From assembly GCA_021786105.1 (NCBI GenBank), contig JAJYNW010000003.1:1-54345 (forward strand): 54,345 nucleotides of DNA. The letters are read 5' to 3'. Of this stretch, positions 9,913 to 18,898 are shown piece after piece. This stretch comes from a bacterium. GTDB taxonomy: Bacteria > Patescibacteriota > Microgenomatia > Daviesbacterales > UBA10151. Within the stretch, counting starts at the first letter, position 1, and each line of letters opens with the position of its first letter. Both the position numbers and the translations under genes were made by a program. The notes under the pieces were generated by a model. The model searched no databases. It saw nothing but the letters and a program-made list of their open reading frames with translations, and was not told the DNA's origin.

Positions 9913-12531
9913 TCAACACATACTGTAACCACAACTATGACATTTCTTACAGCCTTCTTCCATCACAAAAGAGGCTGAGCCGCATTCGGGACAAAGATCA
10001 GCATTAACATTAGACTGCGGTTTGTAGGCGGTTTGCGCTTCATCGCTGTTGTTATCATTAATTGTCAGATTTAATGGTATTGTCTCCATGCTGGTCTGCG
10101 GGGTCATTGATAAATCCTCCGCCAAAGTTTTGGCAATAGCATCAGCCAAGCTCATCACCCGATTTTTCCCAAAACCAACACTGGATGCTCCCCCAATACC
10201 TTTGAGTTGATTAACAATCTTCAAAGCCACTGCTTTAGGATCAGTCTCTTTAGCGCCTCGGGCCAATCTCAAAGACAAAGATACTAATCTACCCATGGCT
10301 TCCGCATCAGCCATAGTGTGCATTCCCGCTCTTCCCACAGTTACAAACACCTCAAAAGGCTGATCATCTTCATCTCGGTTAACCGTGACAAAAGCTTCTC
10401 CCACCGGGGTAGAAATTTTATAAGTCCGACCCCGTAAAATCATCGGCCTTTCAGCCACCGGAGCGGCCGGATTCTCTTTGGCAGCATTCAAAGAAGATGA
10501 AACATTCAAAACCTGGGTACTCTTGGAGCCATCCCGATAAATTGTAATGCCGTTACAACCCAACTCATAAGCCATCACGTAGGCAGTGCGGACATCATCA
10601 CGGGTTGCAGAATTGGGAAGGTTAATGGTTTTGGATACTCCGTTATCCGTATGTCTCTGGAAGGCGGCCTGCATTTTAACGTGCCAAACCGGGTCAATCT
10701 CCTGAGCCGTTACAAATACCTTCTGGTACTCTTCCGGCACCTCAGCTAGACCTTTAACAGATCCGTGCTCCAACACCTTAGCAGCTAAGTCATCGCTGTA
10801 AAATCCTTCCCTTTGGGCGATCTCAGTAAAAGTTTTATTGGCAATAGTTAAAATCCGGTACTGATCACCTTTGGCTTTAGCTTTGTGAATATAGGCTAAG
10901 GCAAACACCGGCTCAATACCGGAAGAGCAATCACCAATAATGGAAATGGTGCCGGTCGGCGCAATGGTGGTAATGGTGGAATTTCTGATCTGTCTTCCTC
11001 CCGCATAAGCATAAGAGGCTGGCCGATTTCTAAAGGCTGAGGCATCCTTATCAGCATAAATTGAGTTTACCCAATTCGGAAAAGCGCCATGGTCTTCTGC
11101 CAACTCCTCAGACGTCTTGTGCCCTTCCTCGTTAATAAACTTCATCAAGCTTTCGGCCAATTGCAGCGCTTCATCAGAATCGTAAGGAATCTTTAATTTG
11201 AAAAGCATATCAGCAAAACCCATTACCCCCAAGCCAATTCTTCTATTACCATGCACCTGATCATAAATTTGCTTTAAGGTGTAAGGATTGGTTTGTACTA
11301 CGTTATCTAAAAAGCGGACTGCAGTCCGGGTTACCCTCTTTAGCTCTTCCCAATTCACATCCGATCCATCAGGCAATACAAACTTACCCAGATTAATTGA
11401 TCCCAAGTTGCAGGCATCCCAAGGTGCTAGCGGCTGCTCTCCGCAAGGATTAGTTGATTCAATCGTCTCCAAAGACGGAATCGGGTTTGCAGGAGAGTCA
11501 TTAATCCTGTCAATAAAGATAAGCCCCGGATCACCTGTTTTCCAGGCCCGTTCAATTATTTCATCAAAAACCTGCGTTGCATTGAGTTTACCGACCGCTT
11601 CCCCGTTATGCGGAATAATCAGTTCATAATCTTCACCCATTTTCACTGCCTCCATGAATTTATCCGTGATAGCTACCGAGATATTAAAATTGGCAATTTG
11701 TTTATCCAAAAGCAGCGTTTTAACATATTCTCTCGCCCCATCATCCGGTAAAAGCGGCGCAATCTGCTCATAAACCGGTTTATTCAAATCATCCAGTTCT
11801 GCCTTACAACGGATAAACTCTAAAATATCCGGATGATCCACCCGCAAGATTCCCATATTAGCCCCGCGTCTGGTCCCACCCTGTTTAATGGATTCTGTAG
11901 CGGCATTAAATACCTTCAAAAACGACACTGGACCGGAAGCCACCCCACCAGTGGTTTTAACAATACTGCCGGCAGGGCGAAGCCGGGAAAAAGCAAATCC
12001 GGTTCCGCCACCGGTCTGGTGAATTAAGGCAGCGTACTTGACGGCATCAAAAATTTCCGGCAGAGAATCACCCACCGGTAAGACAAAACAAGCCGAATAC
12101 TGCAAGCCATTTTGCTTTCCGGCATTCATAATGGTGGGGGAATTAGGCAAAAACTCCTGTCGCACCATCATGGTATAAAACTCTTTAGCCAAATTTTCCA
12201 CGAACTGCGGTTTCACTCCAAAATCAAAATCACCTGAAGCCACATCGTAGGCTATCCGCCAAAACCTTTCTGCCACAGTTTCCGCAACTTCTAAATTACC
12301 CCCCTTGAGGAGATATCTTTCCTGTAAAATTTTGTTTGAGCTTTCTGAAAATGTTGGTTGGGGCAAACCGACCGGAATTTCCGGCATCTTTTTGTAACGG
12401 GGAATAAACCTGGTTTCAAAAGTCCGAACGCTTTGATCTAAACCATTTGTTTTATGTTCACCATTAGTCTTTCTTTTACCCTGGGTTCTTGATACTGAAA
12501 CAATTTGTGAGGTAGTGTTAGTTTTTTTCAT
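9913..12531 (-). CDS. nrdJ: Class II (adenosylcobalamin-dependent) ribonucleotide reductase
   Basis: PNSPT, SACFV, GGGTG, RRGANM, TNPCGEQ, CNLGS, APTGT, SKTINLP, C-terminal TSCPD region and CPEC...CHSC zinc ribbon. Confidence 0.95.
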   Translation of the reverse strand: MKKTNTTSQIVSVSRTQGKRKTNGEHKTNGLDQSVRTFETRFIPRYKKMPEIPVGLPQPTFSESSNKILQERYLLKGGNLEVAETVAERFWRIAYDVASGDFDFGVKPQFVENLAKEFYTMMVRQEFLPNSPTIMNAGKQNGLQYSACFVLPVGDSLPEIFDAVKYAALIHQTGGGTGFAFSRLRPAGSIVKTTGGVASGPVSFLKVFNAATESIKQGGTRRGANMGILRVDHPDILEFIRCKAELDDLNKPVYEQIAPLLPDDGAREYVKTLLLDKQIANFNISVAITDKFMEAVKMGEDYELIIPHNGEAVGKLNATQVFDEIIERAWKTGDPGLIFIDRINDSPANPIPSLETIESTNPCGEQPLAPWDACNLGSINLGKFVLPDGSDVNWEELKRVTRTAVRFLDNVVQTNPYTLKQIYDQVHGNRRIGLGVMGFADMLFKLKIPYDSDEALQLAESLMKFINEEGHKTSEELAEDHGAFPNWVNSIYADKDASAFRNRPASYAYAGGRQIRNSTITTIAPTGTISIIGDCSSGIEPVFALAYIHKAKAKGDQYRILTIANKTFTEIAQREGFYSDDLAAKVLEHGSVKGLAEVPEEYQKVFVTAQEIDPVWHVKMQAAFQRHTDNGVSKTINLPNSATRDDVRTAYVMAYELGCNGITIYRDGSKSTQVLNVSSSLNAAKENPAAPVAERPMILRGRTYKISTPVGEAFVTVNRDEDDQPFEVFVTVGRAGMHTMADAEAMGRLVSLSLRLARGAKETDPKAVALKIVNQLKGIGGASSVGFGKNRVMSLADAIAKTLAEDLSMTPQTSMETIPLNLTINDNNSDEAQTAYKPQSNVNADLCPECGSASFVMEEGCKKCHSCGYSMC

Positions 12532-12968
12532 AAAGTCTCTAATTCCTTCTTAAAATCCTTTGGGTCAGAAAAGGTCCGATAAACGCTGGCAAACCGTAAA
12601 TAAGCTACCGAATCCAGCTTCTTTAACTCTGAAAGAACCCATTTACCCAAAGTCTGGGAAGGGATTTCTTTCAAACCTTTAGTCCTAATCCGGCCTTCTA
12701 TTCTATCAAGTATCTCTGAAACCTTGTCAATCCCCGGTCTTTTTTCCAAAGCTTTCCTTAAACCCGCTTGTAGTTTTTCCTTTGCGAAAGGCTGTCGCTT
12801 GCCATCCTTTTTCAAAACCAAAAGCTCGATCTCCGCCAAAATCTCGTAGGTAGTAAAACGTTTAGCGCATTTTAAACACTCGCGTCGCCTTCTCACCTCA
12901 CCACGGCTATCAACAGACCTTTTGTCTACAACTTTACTTAAATTACTTTGGCAAAAAGGGCATTTCAT
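12528..12968 (-). CDS. nrdR: Transcriptional repressor NrdR
   Basis: MKCPFC, RRRRECLKC..RFTTYE, ATP cone, VAYLRFASVY. Confidence 0.96.
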   Translation of the reverse strand: MKCPFCQSNLSKVVDKRSVDSRGEVRRRRECLKCAKRFTTYEILAEIELLVLKKDGKRQPFAKEKLQAGLRKALEKRPGIDKVSEILDRIEGRIRTKGLKEIPSQTLGKWVLSELKKLDSVAYLRFASVYRTFSDPKDFKKELETL

Positions 12969-13019
12969 TGTTTTGGACTTTTCGAACTAACCAATTTTTG
13001 TTTATTTATGTTTTCTGTC

Positions 13020-13055
13020 AAAAAGTCCATCACGACCTAAAAGATCGTAATGGAC
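13020..13055 (-). terminator. Intrinsic terminator-like hairpin in the nrdR 5' leader
   Basis: GTCCATTACGATC-TTTTA-GGTCGTGATGGAC (13 bp, 2 G-U) followed by TTTTT on the minus strand. Confidence 0.6.
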
Positions 13056-13151
13056 AAATCGGCAGAAAGAATTAATTAACATATTTAGGTATGTACCGAT
13101 TTAGTCCAAAACGTATTCTAGCATAGCATGTTGATATCTTGGAGTGTCAAT

Positions 13152-13167
13152 ATACAATATATGGTGC
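13152..13167. promoter_or_regulatory. NrdR box
   Basis: ATACAATATATGGTGC close to the acaCwAtATaTwGtg consensus; adjacent to minus-strand TTGACA (13145-13150) upstream of nrdR-nrdJ. Confidence 0.65.
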
Positions 13168-13180
13168 AATGCAACCATAC

Positions 13181-13873
13181 TTACTGCTGGGAATTTAAGA
13201 TGACAACTTTTTGCATCACATCTCCGACCGCTATTTTTTCCACTACATCCATGCCGGAAATTACCTGACCGAAAATTGTGTATTTTTTCGGTAATTCCGG
13301 ATGATCATCCAGCATGATGAAAAACTGACTGCCGTTGGTGTCTGGGCCCGCATTAGCCATAGCCACAATCCCCTTTGTATAGTCTCGGATTACTGGCTCA
13401 TCGGCAAATTTATATCCCGGTCCTCCAGTACCGTCCCCATTGGGATCACCACCCTGTATCACAAAACCAGGCTCTACTCGATGAAAAGTCAAACCGTCAT
13501 AAAAACCACTGGATGCCAAAACTATAAAATTAGAAGCAGCCATAGTGGCTTCCGGATAAATTTGAAATTTGATTACACCTTTGGCTGTCTGAATTGCGGC
13601 TGTTTTATTTTGTAAAACTTCCGGCTTTAAAGTTCCCGGAAACTGAGATAGCTTTTTGTTTTTGGACAAAGGTAGGTCCGTTGCTTGCGGTTGCTGCTGT
13701 CCATTGGCCGGCTGGGGAGATTTATTGATCATAAAAGTCAAATCCTGTGGTGACGGAGAAGGAGAAGCAGATGCACTGCCAACTTCCTGATTAAATTTTG
13801 TAATAGCAAAGTACACGCCTACTCCAATTACGAAAATAATTAAAAGAGTTCCCAGAACACGCTGGTTGGTCAT
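13181..13873 (-). CDS. Membrane-anchored cyclophilin-type peptidyl-prolyl isomerase
   Basis: FYDGLTFHRV, FVIQGGDP.GDGTGGPGY, AMANAGPDTNGSQFFI; N-terminal TM. Confidence 0.93.
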   Translation of the reverse strand: MTNQRVLGTLLIIFVIGVGVYFAITKFNQEVGSASASPSPSPQDLTFMINKSPQPANGQQQPQATDLPLSKNKKLSQFPGTLKPEVLQNKTAAIQTAKGVIKFQIYPEATMAASNFIVLASSGFYDGLTFHRVEPGFVIQGGDPNGDGTGGPGYKFADEPVIRDYTKGIVAMANAGPDTNGSQFFIMLDDHPELPKKYTIFGQVISGMDVVEKIAVGDVMQKVVILNSQQ

Positions 13874-13916
13874 CGCCAAATATATAACACCAAATACCAA
13901 TTATGACAAGGAGTAT

Positions 13917-14987
13917 TTAGTAATTCTTCGGCATTTCTAAATAAAAAGTAGAACCTTTGCCTCCGTTACTTTTAACATGCAATTTTCCATTATAATGCTT
14001 GATAATTTGTGAAGAAATAAAAAGACCCAAGCCCAAACCCTCCACCCTGCCTTGCTGAGTCCTTCTGGAGCGATAAAAGTGCTTAAAGATAGCTTTTTGC
14101 TCTGGTCTGGGTATCCCTATTCCATAATCTTTGACAGCCAGAATTACCCCTTCTCTTTTACCTTTGAGCCTAACTTTAATTGGGCTTTGCTCCGGCGAAT
14201 ACTTAATTGCATTTGTTAATAAGTTTGTAATAACTTGCCCAAGCCTATATCCGTCGGCTTTGATAATCTTACGGGTTTTCCCAGAAACTATTATCTCTCT
14301 TTTGCTGTTAATAATCTGTTGATTGCTTACAATTTTTCGAATTAGACTGTCAAAATCAAATAACTCATCTTTATATAAAAATCTTCCTATTTCAATTCTA
14401 GACACATCTAATAAGTCATTTATTAATTCCAGTAACCTTTCTGCCTGAACATCTATTTCTCTTATATATCCAAATGACTTATTTTTACCACTTTTTTTAA
14501 GCTTTTTTTGAAGTAAACCAATATACCCCTTAATCACCGCGAGCGGGTTTTTTATCTCATGAGCTGCCAAAGCTACAAACTGATCCTTTTGAAATTCAGC
14601 TTCATATCTAGCTTCACTGATTAAACTAACGAAAAAACCTAAAATCATATAAATAAAAGTCAGGATAAAATCCTCAAATCCTGAGTGCAAAGGAAGATCT
14701 ACCCTGAGAAACGTCAGATAGCTTATAATACCCGTAAGAACCGTTACGAGCACCCCAGGACCTAAGCCCCCATACCAAGAGCTGGCTGTCACGACCAAAA
14801 TAAGCATGAAAAGCGATAGAGCTTGGACATGAATTAAATTAGGATATATATTCAAAGTTAAATAGAACAAAGAAAATACCAACAAAAAGACAACAATTGA
14901 GAAACTGTATCTTTTAAACCTGGTCCTTTTCCGGAAATAGGCCAGTTTCACCAAATGGAATTTGAACCTGAACCACAGTTCTTCCAC
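13917..14987 (-). CDS. Membrane sensor histidine kinase (DUF4118-like TM region)
   Basis: Multiple TM helices with GGLGPG, AAHEIKNP, NLLTNAIKYS, GLGLGL. Confidence 0.88.
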   Translation of the reverse strand: MEELWFRFKFHLVKLAYFRKRTRFKRYSFSIVVFLLVFSLFYLTLNIYPNLIHVQALSLFMLILVVTASSWYGGLGPGVLVTVLTGIISYLTFLRVDLPLHSGFEDFILTFIYMILGFFVSLISEARYEAEFQKDQFVALAAHEIKNPLAVIKGYIGLLQKKLKKSGKNKSFGYIREIDVQAERLLELINDLLDVSRIEIGRFLYKDELFDFDSLIRKIVSNQQIINSKREIIVSGKTRKIIKADGYRLGQVITNLLTNAIKYSPEQSPIKVRLKGKREGVILAVKDYGIGIPRPEQKAIFKHFYRSRRTQQGRVEGLGLGLFISSQIIKHYNGKLHVKSNGGKGSTFYLEMPKNY

Positions 14988-15898
14988 TACTTCATTTTAC
15001 CAAATGAGTAATCTAAAAGCTCCCTGGCCTCATCTCTCCTGTCTTCAGAACCCAAAAGCACCCCTACCACCTCCTGGTCATCCTTCCTTGCCAGCGTTAT
15101 CAAAGTCAAGCCTGCTTCAGGAGTATAACCCGTCTTAAACCCCACCACCCCCGGATAAGTGGTTAACAGGTTAATTCCGGAATACATATCGTAATCCTGA
15201 TGATTTTCTGTTTGTGGCAAATAAATGTGACTTTGTGAAGATATATCCACAACTTGTGGGAAGTAACGAATCAGGAATCTGGTCAAAAGAGCTAAATCAT
15301 ATGCTGTTGAGTAAGAATTATTTGTATCTTCGTCCAGTCCGGTAGGATTGGCATAAAATGTATCATTCATTCCTAATTGCTTTGCCTTATCATTCATCAA
15401 CTTAACAAACTCCTCTCTGTCTCCAGTAACCCCCTCTGCCAAAATTTCTGCCGCATCATTGGCCGAGACTAAAAATATCCCATCCAGAAGCTCTTTTAGA
15501 GTTAACTTCTCACCAGCTATAAGCAACATTTTATCCGGCTCCATGTCGGCTGCTTGCTGGCTGACCGTAAACTGATCCTCCATGCTTTTGTGTTCCAAAG
15601 CCACCAGCACAGTCATCACTTTAACCAAAGACGCAATCGGCAACCTTTGGTGAATATTTTTTGAATAAAACACCTCACCGTTTTTGGTATCGGTAAAAAA
15701 GGCTGCCTTGGCACTTATAATTGGCGCATCCTGTTTATCCTCAGATACTTGAGGAAACCACTGATTTACTCCTAAAACATTTTCTTCCTTTAAGAGAGGA
15801 GAGATTAAATCAACTGAGACTTTTTTTCCCGTTAAATTGAGTATTAAAAATGAACACAAAGTTACCAGGATAATGGATAAAAAAGTAAGTTTCTTCAT
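14987..15898 (-). CDS. Serine D-Ala-D-Ala carboxypeptidase (peptidase S11)
   Basis: IASLVK (SxxK), SAN (SxN), NPTGL, KTG. Confidence 0.92.
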   Translation of the reverse strand: MKKLTFLSIILVTLCSFLILNLTGKKVSVDLISPLLKEENVLGVNQWFPQVSEDKQDAPIISAKAAFFTDTKNGEVFYSKNIHQRLPIASLVKVMTVLVALEHKSMEDQFTVSQQAADMEPDKMLLIAGEKLTLKELLDGIFLVSANDAAEILAEGVTGDREEFVKLMNDKAKQLGMNDTFYANPTGLDEDTNNSYSTAYDLALLTRFLIRYFPQVVDISSQSHIYLPQTENHQDYDMYSGINLLTTYPGVVGFKTGYTPEAGLTLITLARKDDQEVVGVLLGSEDRRDEARELLDYSFGKMK

Positions 15899-15925
15899 AG
15901 AGAAGATTATTCATCATACCAAACA

Positions 15926-16714
15926 ATGCAAGAAGACAAACTGCCTCTTGACGCCACTATCAGCTTTGCCTCAAAATTAAATTGGGGAGTTATGCTGCAC
16001 CGTTTACTGCCTGTTTTACTGGTTGTCGCTGTAATCATTTACACTGCTTTTAATTTTCAATCCCTAAGAAGGACTATTGCCTATAGATTGCATATTTCCG
16101 GCGACTCCACTACCTCCTGCTGTGATGCTGCTAAAGTCGCCAAATCCGACGGGAAGTTTGATGAAAACGCTTCGGTGGCTATCTTTAATAACCAGGTTAT
16201 TGATTACCCAAAAACTTCCCTGGCTTACGCATACTCTCAAACTTTAGCTCAAAACACCAATAGCGACCAGGCGGTTTTGGGAACTACCAATGCCAGCGGG
16301 GAGGAAAGATGGATTGATGTATCTTTAGATGAACAAAGAGTGAGGGCCTGGGAGGGAAATAAATTAGTTATGGAATTCCCTATTTCTTCTGGTCTCTGGG
16401 CACCCACCCCTAAGGGAACATTTAATATCTGGTATAAAACCCGCAGCCAAAGAATGGCAGGAGGATCAAGGGATATGGGCACTTATTACGACTTACCTAA
16501 TGTGCCAAATAATATGTTTTTCTATCAAGGTTTTGCACTGCACGGCGCTTACTGGCACAATAATTTTGGTCACCCTATGAGTCATGGCTGCGTTAATGAA
16601 CCATTAGCCAGCGCTGCCCAAATCTTTGATTGGGCCGGCCCGGTTTTGCCTCCGGGCCAAGGCGCAGTCAGGGCCACTCCGGAAAACCCCGGTACCAGAG
16701 TAGTAGTACACTAA
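15926..16714 (+). CDS. L,D-transpeptidase (YkuD family)
   Basis: IDVSLDEQ, PISSG..PTPKG, LHGAYWH...MSHGCVN. Confidence 0.9.
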   Translation: MQEDKLPLDATISFASKLNWGVMLHRLLPVLLVVAVIIYTAFNFQSLRRTIAYRLHISGDSTTSCCDAAKVAKSDGKFDENASVAIFNNQVIDYPKTSLAYAYSQTLAQNTNSDQAVLGTTNASGEERWIDVSLDEQRVRAWEGNKLVMEFPISSGLWAPTPKGTFNIWYKTRSQRMAGGSRDMGTYYDLPNVPNNMFFYQGFALHGAYWHNNFGHPMSHGCVNEPLASAAQIFDWAGPVLPPGQGAVRATPENPGTRVVVH

Positions 16715-17697
16715 ATCTCTTTGGCAACTATTTTAGAGTTTTCTTTTAATTTCTCCTGCATTTGGCTGTAAGTTAACAAACCAGCCTGAGGGCCCACTTG
16801 TTCAATCACTGAAGCGGCATTAGCCGCTCCCCACCTCATCGCCTCAGCTAAATCTTTACCGTAAAAAAGCCCGGCCAAACAAGCAGTGGCATAGGCATCT
16901 CCGGCTCCTGTCATCTCCACTAATTTTGCCGGAAAGACTCCCAAATGATAAAACTTTTCTCCGTCAACCCCCCAAGATCCTTCTCCGCCGTTTGTGATAA
17001 TAACCATTTTCGGACCTAAATCCGCAATGCCTTTGAGTAGTTTTTTAATATTTACATCTTCTTTCTCGTTTATCCCCAAAATTCTCTTTGCCTCCCCCTT
17101 ATTCACAAAAAAAGCCTCTGCTAAAGCTAAAATTTTTGGGTATTTTTTTATGCCTGTTTTAATTTGATAAGTCCCCGGATTATATAGCAGCCTTGATCCT
17201 GTCCTCTCCAGATACGCCCCTAATTCATTGAGTAAATTTGATTGAGTAAAACTAGGCGACAAGGAGGTAAAATATACCCATTTAGCAAAATCTAAATCCG
17301 GTAGTTTATAGTGCCAGTTTTGGTGGTAGACAAAAATTGTTCGCTCTCCTTTGAAGTTTAAAACAGTTGATAAATTAGATTCCATTCCCTGATTAACCAC
17401 CACATATCTTTTGTCCACGCCCTCAGAAGTCAGTTTTTCGACAATCTGCTTGCCTGCTACATCTGATCCAACGTTTACATAAAATGCAGTTTTTAATTTC
17501 AGCCTGGCACCTCCCACTACATTATTGGCTCCATTACCCGCCACTAAATGTGTCAATTTATCCACCGGAATTTTATCCCCAAACTCCACGCACAACCGGC
17601 AATCAGTTTTATTGAGGTTACACTTTACTTCTGCATCATGAATCTGCACATAATTATCAATCGTGGCATCACCAATGGAGATTAAATCAAAAGCCAT
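16711..17697 (-). CDS. PfkB-family carbohydrate kinase
   Basis: IGDATID, NPG, ITNGGEG, MTGAGDAY. Confidence 0.88.
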   Translation of the reverse strand: MAFDLISIGDATIDNYVQIHDAEVKCNLNKTDCRLCVEFGDKIPVDKLTHLVAGNGANNVVGGARLKLKTAFYVNVGSDVAGKQIVEKLTSEGVDKRYVVVNQGMESNLSTVLNFKGERTIFVYHQNWHYKLPDLDFAKWVYFTSLSPSFTQSNLLNELGAYLERTGSRLLYNPGTYQIKTGIKKYPKILALAEAFFVNKGEAKRILGINEKEDVNIKKLLKGIADLGPKMVIITNGGEGSWGVDGEKFYHLGVFPAKLVEMTGAGDAYATACLAGLFYGKDLAEAMRWGAANAASVIEQVGPQAGLLTYSQMQEKLKENSKIVAKEI

Positions 17698-17909
17698 TAT
17701 TCCAGTATAGCACTGTAACCGGTTTTTTTAATTGTTTCTATCACTAAATTATCAGTCACTTTGTCCGGATCAAATTCCACTTCTGTTTCCATCTTGGCAT
17801 AGGAAGTATCGGAAGCTTTGACTCCCTCTAAATCCTCCAGATCCATGTCTATAGTCATGGCACAGGAAGTGCAATGCATACCGGTAATTTTAAATTTTTT
17901 CTTAATCAT
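17697..17909 (-). CDS. copZ: Copper chaperone / HMA-domain protein
   Basis: GMHCTSC motif, 70 aa, in copper operon. Confidence 0.85.
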   Translation of the reverse strand: MIKKKFKITGMHCTSCAMTIDMDLEDLEGVKASDTSYAKMETEVEFDPDKVTDNLVIETIKKTGYSAILE

Positions 17910-17911
17910 AT

Positions 17912-18898
17912 TTAACTGACTACGTCAATCACCCCCCGAAACATTCCCATGGAACAGCTAAACGGAATTTGACCCACTTCAGTTGGTGTAAACTCAATGG
18001 TTTGTGAATCTGTTGGCCTTAAATTCTTGGAAATCCCCAATGAGGGAATCCTAAAAGCCAAAGCACAACCATAAGAGTTATTTGAATTTAGAGTAATCTT
18101 AACAGGCAGACCTTTTTTCACTTTGAGATAATTTGGGCTATAACCGCTGCCGGAAATATCAATCTGGTATTCCTGCTTGGCGGCAATATTTGCTGTTTGT
18201 TGCTGTTCTTGCCCGCTAAAATCTATTGTCACTACCGGAAATCCGGCCGCCCCCAAAGTATTATTAATGGTAAAAAGCCCCACAAAGATGATCACCCAAG
18301 CCGCCAACTTGAAAAAAGTCTTTTGGAAGCTATCGCTTAATTTAGCAGTAATGTAACCTAAACCAAAGAAAATAGGGGAGGTACCCAACACAAAAGAGAT
18401 TAGAATTAAAGATCCCTTAAGGGCAGAACCGGAAGAAATAGCCAAAGCTTCCATAGCCAAAGTGGTCCCGCAGGGAATAAAAATGGTCATGGCCCCTAAA
18501 AGACCCGGGGCAAAGATATCAGCGCTTTTTGACTGATTCCTAATTAATCTGGTTAAAAACCTGGGCGGCTGCAAGATAAAATAGCGGAAAATCGGGTGGG
18601 CGTTTAATAAATTGAGGGCCACAATAATCATATACACCCCGGCCGCCACCTGCATAATCGTCCGCAGATTATCAGAAATGGACAAAGCCGCCCCAAACAA
18701 ACCTAACACTCCGCCTAAAATGGCGTAACAAATTAGCTTAGCTCCTAAAAATGATAGGGTAGGGATAAAATCATTTTTGTCTTTTTGGTCTAACTCTTTC
18801 CGGGCAGCTACTGCCGAAGCCAACAGCCCCCCCTGGACCGCTGCGCACCCTAACCCACCTGCCGTTAAACCAATTAAAAATATGGTGACAAATTCCAT
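17912..18898 (-). CDS. DsbD_2/TauE-like membrane protein with C-terminal cupredoxin domain
   Basis: Multiple TM helices with C..V.GG and IPCG; C-terminal GYSP...GC...FSCSMGMFRG. Confidence 0.8.
   Translation of the reverse strand: MEFVTIFLIGLTAGGLGCAAVQGGLLASAVAARKELDQKDKNDFIPTLSFLGAKLICYAILGGVLGLFGAALSISDNLRTIMQVAAGVYMIIVALNLLNAHPIFRYFILQPPRFLTRLIRNQSKSADIFAPGLLGAMTIFIPCGTTLAMEALAISSGSALKGSLILISFVLGTSPIFFGLGYITAKLSDSFQKTFFKLAAWVIIFVGLFTINNTLGAAGFPVVTIDFSGQEQQQTANIAAKQEYQIDISGSGYSPNYLKVKKGLPVKITLNSNNSYGCALAFRIPSLGISKNLRPTDSQTIEFTPTEVGQIPFSCSMGMFRGVIDVVS

Noticed and set aside
10990-11060. Possible intein or in-frame palindromic insert in NrdJ
   Set aside because: Only about 15-20 extra residues, no intein termini, weak pairing
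12969-13180. Cobalamin riboswitch upstream of nrdJ
   Set aside because: No B12-box or other cobalamin aptamer hallmarks recognised; reported only as an unknown structured leader
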